This document shows, piece by piece, positions 59,759 through 64,000 of a stretch of DNA of 64,000 nucleotides. The stretch spans positions 12,219 to 76,218 of the forward strand of contig CAVTTY010000013.1 of NCBI GenBank assembly GCA_963737765.1, written 5' to 3'. The notes under the pieces were generated by a model, which saw only the letters and a list, made by a program, of their open reading frames with translations, was not told the DNA's origin and did not search any database. Position numbers and translations under genes: made by a program. Numbering within the stretch: position 1 is the first letter of the stretch; every line of letters begins with the position of its first letter. Source of the DNA: an uncultured Acidobacteriota bacterium. GTDB taxonomy: Bacteria; Acidobacteriota; Terriglobia; Acidiferrales; UBA7541.

Positions 59759-62700
59759 TTACGCCGCGTTGCTGGCGGCTTTAGGCGCCGCGAGCGCCGG
59801 CGCTTCTTCCCACTTCACCGAGACCAGCTTGGAAACGCCGGGCTCTTGCATGGTCACGCCGTACATCACCGAACCCATTTCCATGGTTTTGCGGTTGTGG
59901 GTGACCACGATGAACTGAGTCTGCGCGCACATATCGGCCAGCATGCGATTGAAGCGGCCGACGTTGGCTTCATCGAGCGGCGCGTCGACTTCGTCGAGGA
60001 TGCAGAACGGACTCGGCGAATACTTGAAGACGGCGATGAGCAGCGCCAGCGCGGTCAGCGCTTTTTCTCCGCCGGAGAGCAGCAAGATATTCTGCAGGCG
60101 CTTGCCCGGCGGCTGGGCGACGATGTCGATGCCCATTTCGCCGGAGCTGTCGGGTTCGCCCAGGCGCATTTCGCCATGTCCGCCACCGAAGAGCGAGACA
60201 AAGGCGATGGAGAAGTGGGTGTTGATGAAGTTGAACGCTTCCTCGAATTTCTGTTTGGAGACGGTGTCGAGCTCGTTGATGGTGAGCTGCGTGTTCTGGA
60301 TGGAAGTGACCAGGTCGTCGCGTTCGCGGCGCAGGAAGGTGTCGCGCTCCTCGCATTCCTTGAATTCCTCGAGGGCCATCATGTTGACCGGGCCCATGGC
60401 GTCGACGCGCGCTTTCATTTCGTTGTAATTGGTTTCGGCGGCGATGAGATCTTCGCCGACCAGGAGCTGACCCTGCTGCAGCGCGATCAGTTCCTCGGGC
60501 TGGGCGTTGAGTTCGGTGACGCAGGTCTGGCGCAGATAATCGCGGTCGGCGTCGTTGCGCGCTTTTTCGATCTGGTGCTGGCTGCGTTCGGCGCGCAATT
60601 CTTCGAGCGAAGTGCGCTTGCCGCGAAGTTCTTCATCGAGATGCGCGGCGCGGGAGCGGGCGATTTCCCATTCGGCGTCGAGCGCGGCTTTGTTTTCTTC
60701 GAGCCGCGATTTTTCCTTGCGCAATTCCTCGGCTTGCACGGTGAGCTGCCGGCAGGACGTTTCGAGGCCGGCGAGTTCACCGACCATCGCGACGTGCTGG
60801 TCGCGAAGCGAGAGCACGCGTTCGGAGGCCAGTGAAATTTCTTCGACCAGGTGGCGTTCGGCGGATTCGGCGCTGGTCAGCCGCTCGGACATGGTGGCCA
60901 GCTCTTCGCGGCGGGCAACGACATTTTCCTGCATGGCCTGGAAATCGTTGCGGAGTTGCAGGAGCTTCGCGCTGGCGGCCGTGCTTTCAGTTTCGGCGGA
61001 CTCGCGGCAGCGCAGGGCCTCGGCATGATCGATGCGCGCTTTTTCCGCGCGCTGCCGCGCGGATTCGGCCTGGGCGTGCAGGCGTGAAATTTCTTCGCGC
61101 TCGGAGGAGAACTGCAATTCAATGCGGCGCAGCTCGGCGCGCGACTGGTCGCGTTGATGCGTGGCGGCGACCAGGGATTTTTCCGCTTCCATTTGCTGGG
61201 CGATGGCCTGGGTCACGTGCTGCTCGCCCGCGGCGATTTCGTTTTCGATGTAGGTCAGTTGCACCTGCATCTCGTTGGCGGATTGTTCGAGTCGCGCGGC
61301 TTCGGTTTCGTGCTGACGCAGTTCACGCTTCAAGGCCAGCGGACCGGCATCGCCCGCCCGGCCGCCGGAAACCATGCGGCCGTGGTAGCAGGTGCCTTCG
61401 GGCGTCAGAAAATAACTGTGCGGATTGTCATTGGCCATCTGCTCGGCAATCGCGGCGGATTCGACGATGTAGGCGGTGCGCAACTTCGTCAGGAAATGTT
61501 TGGCGGCGGGGCCCAGCGGATCGCGGAAATCCACCAGACGATCCAGGCGGCCCAGCACTCCGGGTGGGACGGGAAGTGAGCCTTCGGCTTCCGGCGCCGG
61601 CAGATTCAGCTTGTTCAGCGAATCGACGAAGAAAGTAGCGCGGCCGCCCATATCGTCGCGCAGCAGCGCGATTCCGGCACGCGCGTGATCGAAGGACTCG
61701 ACTACGACATATTCCAGTTCATCGCGCAAAAACTGTTCGATGGCGGTTTCGTATTTTTCCTGAACTTCGGCGTAGTCGGCGAGCAAGCCGACCGCTTTGA
61801 AGCCGGCCGTCGAGGAATCGGAGCCGCCTTCGTGGGTCACGTTGAATAATTTCTGCACGGCGTCAGCGGTGTAAGCGCGATCGCTGAGAATTTGCTCGAT
61901 GGAGGCATGGCGGGCGCGTTCGGCGGAAAGATTTTCGCGCAGTTTTTCGAGCTGTGCTCCGGTTTCATTTTCGCCGCGGCGCAATTCAACCAGACGTTCC
62001 TGAGCAGAGCGCACCGCGATGCCAAATTGCTGCGCGGCGCTTTCGGATTGGGCGAAGGTCGATTCGGCGGCCGCGACTCGTTCAGACAACGACGAGACTT
62101 CGGTCTCGATCGAACGCAACGCGGTCATGCGCTGCTCTTCCGCCGCGGTGTGGCGCGCCGCAGCTTCATCGGCCTGCTGTGATTCGGCTTGCTGGCGCGC
62201 GGATTCTTCGACCAGGCGTTCGGACGTCAGGCGCAACTGGGTGATGCGTGTTTCCAGCTCCTGCTGGGCCGCGACGCTGGTGGAAGCATGCTCGGTGGTC
62301 TCACGCAGTCCCGCTTCGAGCGCGGTAGTCTGCTCGCGCAATGCGGTTACCGCTTCGCGGTGCGCGGTCATGCGCGCGGACAAATCGTTGAGCTGACGCT
62401 CCGCCACCTCGATTTCTACGGCAAGGCGCGTGGAGCGCGACTGAATTTGCGCGACCTGCTCGCGATTGAAGGTGATGCGGTTTTCGGCGCGATCCAGGTC
62501 CAGTGCAGTCTGCCCCAGGAGGTTTTGGGTCTGGCGCAATTCCATGTCCAGTTCGTAGCTGCGGACATTGAGGCGTTCCTGCTCGGATTCCAGTTCATGG
62601 ACCGAAGCGGCTTCCCGGCTTTCCGCCAAATCCATTTCGCGCAGCAAGGTTTCGATGCGCGCGGCTTCGATATCGAGATGCTCGGCTTTACTGGCCAGCA

Positions 62701-63676
62701 TGCTGCGCAGCAGTTCACGCATTTGTTCGCGCAGTTCCGCGTAACGGCGGGCTTTCGAGGCCTGACGCTTCAGCGAGGCGAGTTGCTTTTCCACTTCGAC
62801 CAGAATGTCGTGGACGCGCGAAAGATTCAGCTTGGAGGCTTCGAGTTTCGCTTCAGCCAGGCGCCGCTTGGTTTTATACATGGTGATGCCGGCGGCTTCT
62901 TCGATGATGGCGCGGCGATCCATGGGCTTGGAATTCAGAATCTGGCCGATGCGGCCCTGCTCGATGATGGCGTAACTGTCGGGGCCCAGCCCCATGCCCA
63001 TGAAAAGTTCCTGCACGTCGCGCAGGCGCGCCACGCGGCCGTTGATCACGTATTCGCTTTGGCCGGAGCGATAGAGGCGCCGGCCGACCACCACTTCACC
63101 GATCTTCAGATTGATCGCAGGCTTGTCCGAACCGCGTTTCTTGAAACGCCTGCCCTTTTCTTCTTCGGCCGCGGCGGGGCTCGTGGATTCTTCCAAGTCG
63201 ATCGTCGTTTCCAGAATGTTGGTGGAACCGTCGGCCATTTCGACGAAGCCGTCCACAATCTCAGTGCTCGGCACCGGCGCATCGGCGACGATCATGGGGC
63301 CGCCGCCTTCAGGGAATTCGGCTGCAGCTTCGGTTTCCGGCCCGTCCATTACTTTGGCCACCGCGTCGGTCAAATCCGGGTCGACCAGGGTCAGGGTGAC
63401 TTCCGACAGGCCCATGGGCGGCCGTTTGGCGGTGCCATTGAAAATGCAGTCGGACATGCGCTCGGCGCGCAGCACTTTGTGGCTCTGCTCGCCCAGAACC
63501 CAGGAGATGGCGTCCACCACGTTGGACTTCCCGCAGCCATTTGGCCCCACGATGCAGGTAATGCCGGTCCCACTGAACGTGATGGGAGTCTTCTCGCAGA
63601 ACGATTTGAAGCCCAACAACTCGACCTTACGCAGTTTTAGCACCAGGTTCCTCGCACACTTCGCTTTCTTCGCCAA
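59759..63676 (-). CDS. smc: Chromosome segregation protein SMC
   Basis: Intact 1305-aa ORF. N-terminal GPNGCGKSNVVDAISWVLGEQS (Walker A), long coiled coils, a hinge, and C-terminal LSGGEKALTALALLIAVF with FCILDEVDAPLDEAN. The true start may be the internal VLKLRKVEL. Confidence 0.95.
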   Translation of the reverse strand: MAKKAKCARNLVLKLRKVELLGFKSFCEKTPITFSGTGITCIVGPNGCGKSNVVDAISWVLGEQSHKVLRAERMSDCIFNGTAKRPPMGLSEVTLTLVDPDLTDAVAKVMDGPETEAAAEFPEGGGPMIVADAPVPSTEIVDGFVEMADGSTNILETTIDLEESTSPAAAEEEKGRRFKKRGSDKPAINLKIGEVVVGRRLYRSGQSEYVINGRVARLRDVQELFMGMGLGPDSYAIIEQGRIGQILNSKPMDRRAIIEEAAGITMYKTKRRLAEAKLEASKLNLSRVHDILVEVEKQLASLKRQASKARRYAELREQMRELLRSMLASKAEHLDIEAARIETLLREMDLAESREAASVHELESEQERLNVRSYELDMELRQTQNLLGQTALDLDRAENRITFNREQVAQIQSRSTRLAVEIEVAERQLNDLSARMTAHREAVTALREQTTALEAGLRETTEHASTSVAAQQELETRITQLRLTSERLVEESARQQAESQQADEAAARHTAAEEQRMTALRSIETEVSSLSERVAAAESTFAQSESAAQQFGIAVRSAQERLVELRRGENETGAQLEKLRENLSAERARHASIEQILSDRAYTADAVQKLFNVTHEGGSDSSTAGFKAVGLLADYAEVQEKYETAIEQFLRDELEYVVVESFDHARAGIALLRDDMGGRATFFVDSLNKLNLPAPEAEGSLPVPPGVLGRLDRLVDFRDPLGPAAKHFLTKLRTAYIVESAAIAEQMANDNPHSYFLTPEGTCYHGRMVSGGRAGDAGPLALKRELRQHETEAARLEQSANEMQVQLTYIENEIAAGEQHVTQAIAQQMEAEKSLVAATHQRDQSRAELRRIELQFSSEREEISRLHAQAESARQRAEKARIDHAEALRCRESAETESTAASAKLLQLRNDFQAMQENVVARREELATMSERLTSAESAERHLVEEISLASERVLSLRDQHVAMVGELAGLETSCRQLTVQAEELRKEKSRLEENKAALDAEWEIARSRAAHLDEELRGKRTSLEELRAERSQHQIEKARNDADRDYLRQTCVTELNAQPEELIALQQGQLLVGEDLIAAETNYNEMKARVDAMGPVNMMALEEFKECEERDTFLRRERDDLVTSIQNTQLTINELDTVSKQKFEEAFNFINTHFSIAFVSLFGGGHGEMRLGEPDSSGEMGIDIVAQPPGKRLQNILLLSGGEKALTALALLIAVFKYSPSPFCILDEVDAPLDEANVGRFNRMLADMCAQTQFIVVTHNRKTMEMGSVMYGVTMQEPGVSKLVSVKWEEAPALAAPKAASNAA

Positions 63677-64000
63677 TTGGGCTGAAGAAAGTTCAATTTA
63701 TCGATCTTTCGTCGGAGGTATTTCGAGACAAAAACTCTGGAGGGACAAGGTTCTTCAATAGCCCTTCCGTCTGGCGCGTTAGGACGGCGGTTCTGCAGAA
63801 GAAAAATAGCACGGGGTTCAGGCGGTGTAAAGGGGGCTTTGCGCTTTTCTACACTATGTGGGGTCGGGTACTGAACGACATCCATCTGGCAGTACGGAGC
63901 TTCCCAGATCGGGACGCGCGGGAGATTCACCGAAGTGTGGCCAGCTACCCGGCGATCGAGCGCGATCAATTTCCAATTTCTTCCATGCCGCTCGAGCTTC

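Noticed and set aside
59756-63640. Long plus-strand ORFs (59756..60835, 359 aa; 62189..63640, 483 aa; others) opposite smc
   Set aside because: They are antisense to an intact 1305-aa SMC with all signature motifs. Their composition (G/A/R/F-rich) is typical of antisense frames of coiled-coil genes.
63637-63969. 110-aa minus-strand ORF overlapping the smc start
   Set aside because: It overlaps the smc 5-prime end in another frame and has no SD or recognisable motif. The region is more likely the smc promoter and leader.

Overview
High-GC (about 60-65 % by eye) chromosomal segment. Gene content looks like Acidobacteriota (Terriglobia-like): a TIGR03436-type VWFA protein, a large TPR Ser/Thr kinase and a PSMA-like M28 peptidase. 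That assignment is inference only. Almost all of it is core-genome housekeeping.

Gene order:
- Complete ISC module, iscU-iscA-hscB-hscA-fdx-iscX.
- DinB/YfiT and DUF1772 genes, then tRNA-Glu(UUC).
- Four-gene minor-(pseudo)pilin operon ending in a giant PilX/GspK-like gene.
- Convergent operon: Ig-repeat lipoprotein, secreted hypothetical, matrixin.
- yfcH, an M28 peptidase, moaDE, a VWFA protein and an IMPase.
- Nucleoside uptake/catabolism cluster: deoA-nupC-PNP-cdd-amidohydrolase.
- rodZ, a GAF-GGDEF cyclase and a TPR Ser/Thr kinase.
- A very large LptC/LptA-like gene followed by lptB-rpoN-rapZ, an MsbA-like ABC exporter, yicC-gmk-rpoZ-coaBC and udg.
- An EamA transporter, priA, an M50 protease, HU/IHF and dcd.
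- A MarR-pirin-DoxX-nitroreductase redox module, an SDR, a secreted TPR-like protein, a Fis-type HTH, purC and smc.

I found no CRISPR array, transposase, integrase or recognisable defence system.

Main technical observation: many conserved genes between about 0.6 kb and 47.2 kb can only be read by switching frame, often several times. Other blocks (12.2-20.9 kb and 47.2-64 kb) are frame-perfect. I read this as clustered indel errors rather than gene decay. For those genes I give outer boundaries and flag them as frameshifted.

Most interesting biology:
1. A single LptC-LptA multi-repeat fusion of about 860 codons.
2. An orphan minor-pilin operon with a PilX/GspK-like protein of about 960 codons and a candidate sigma-54 promoter.
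3. The Ig-repeat lipoprotein / secreted hypothetical / matrixin trio.
4. Partial tRNA 3-prime-end copies flanking tRNA-Glu.
5. A lower-GC spacer of about 760 bp upstream of priA that I cannot annotate.
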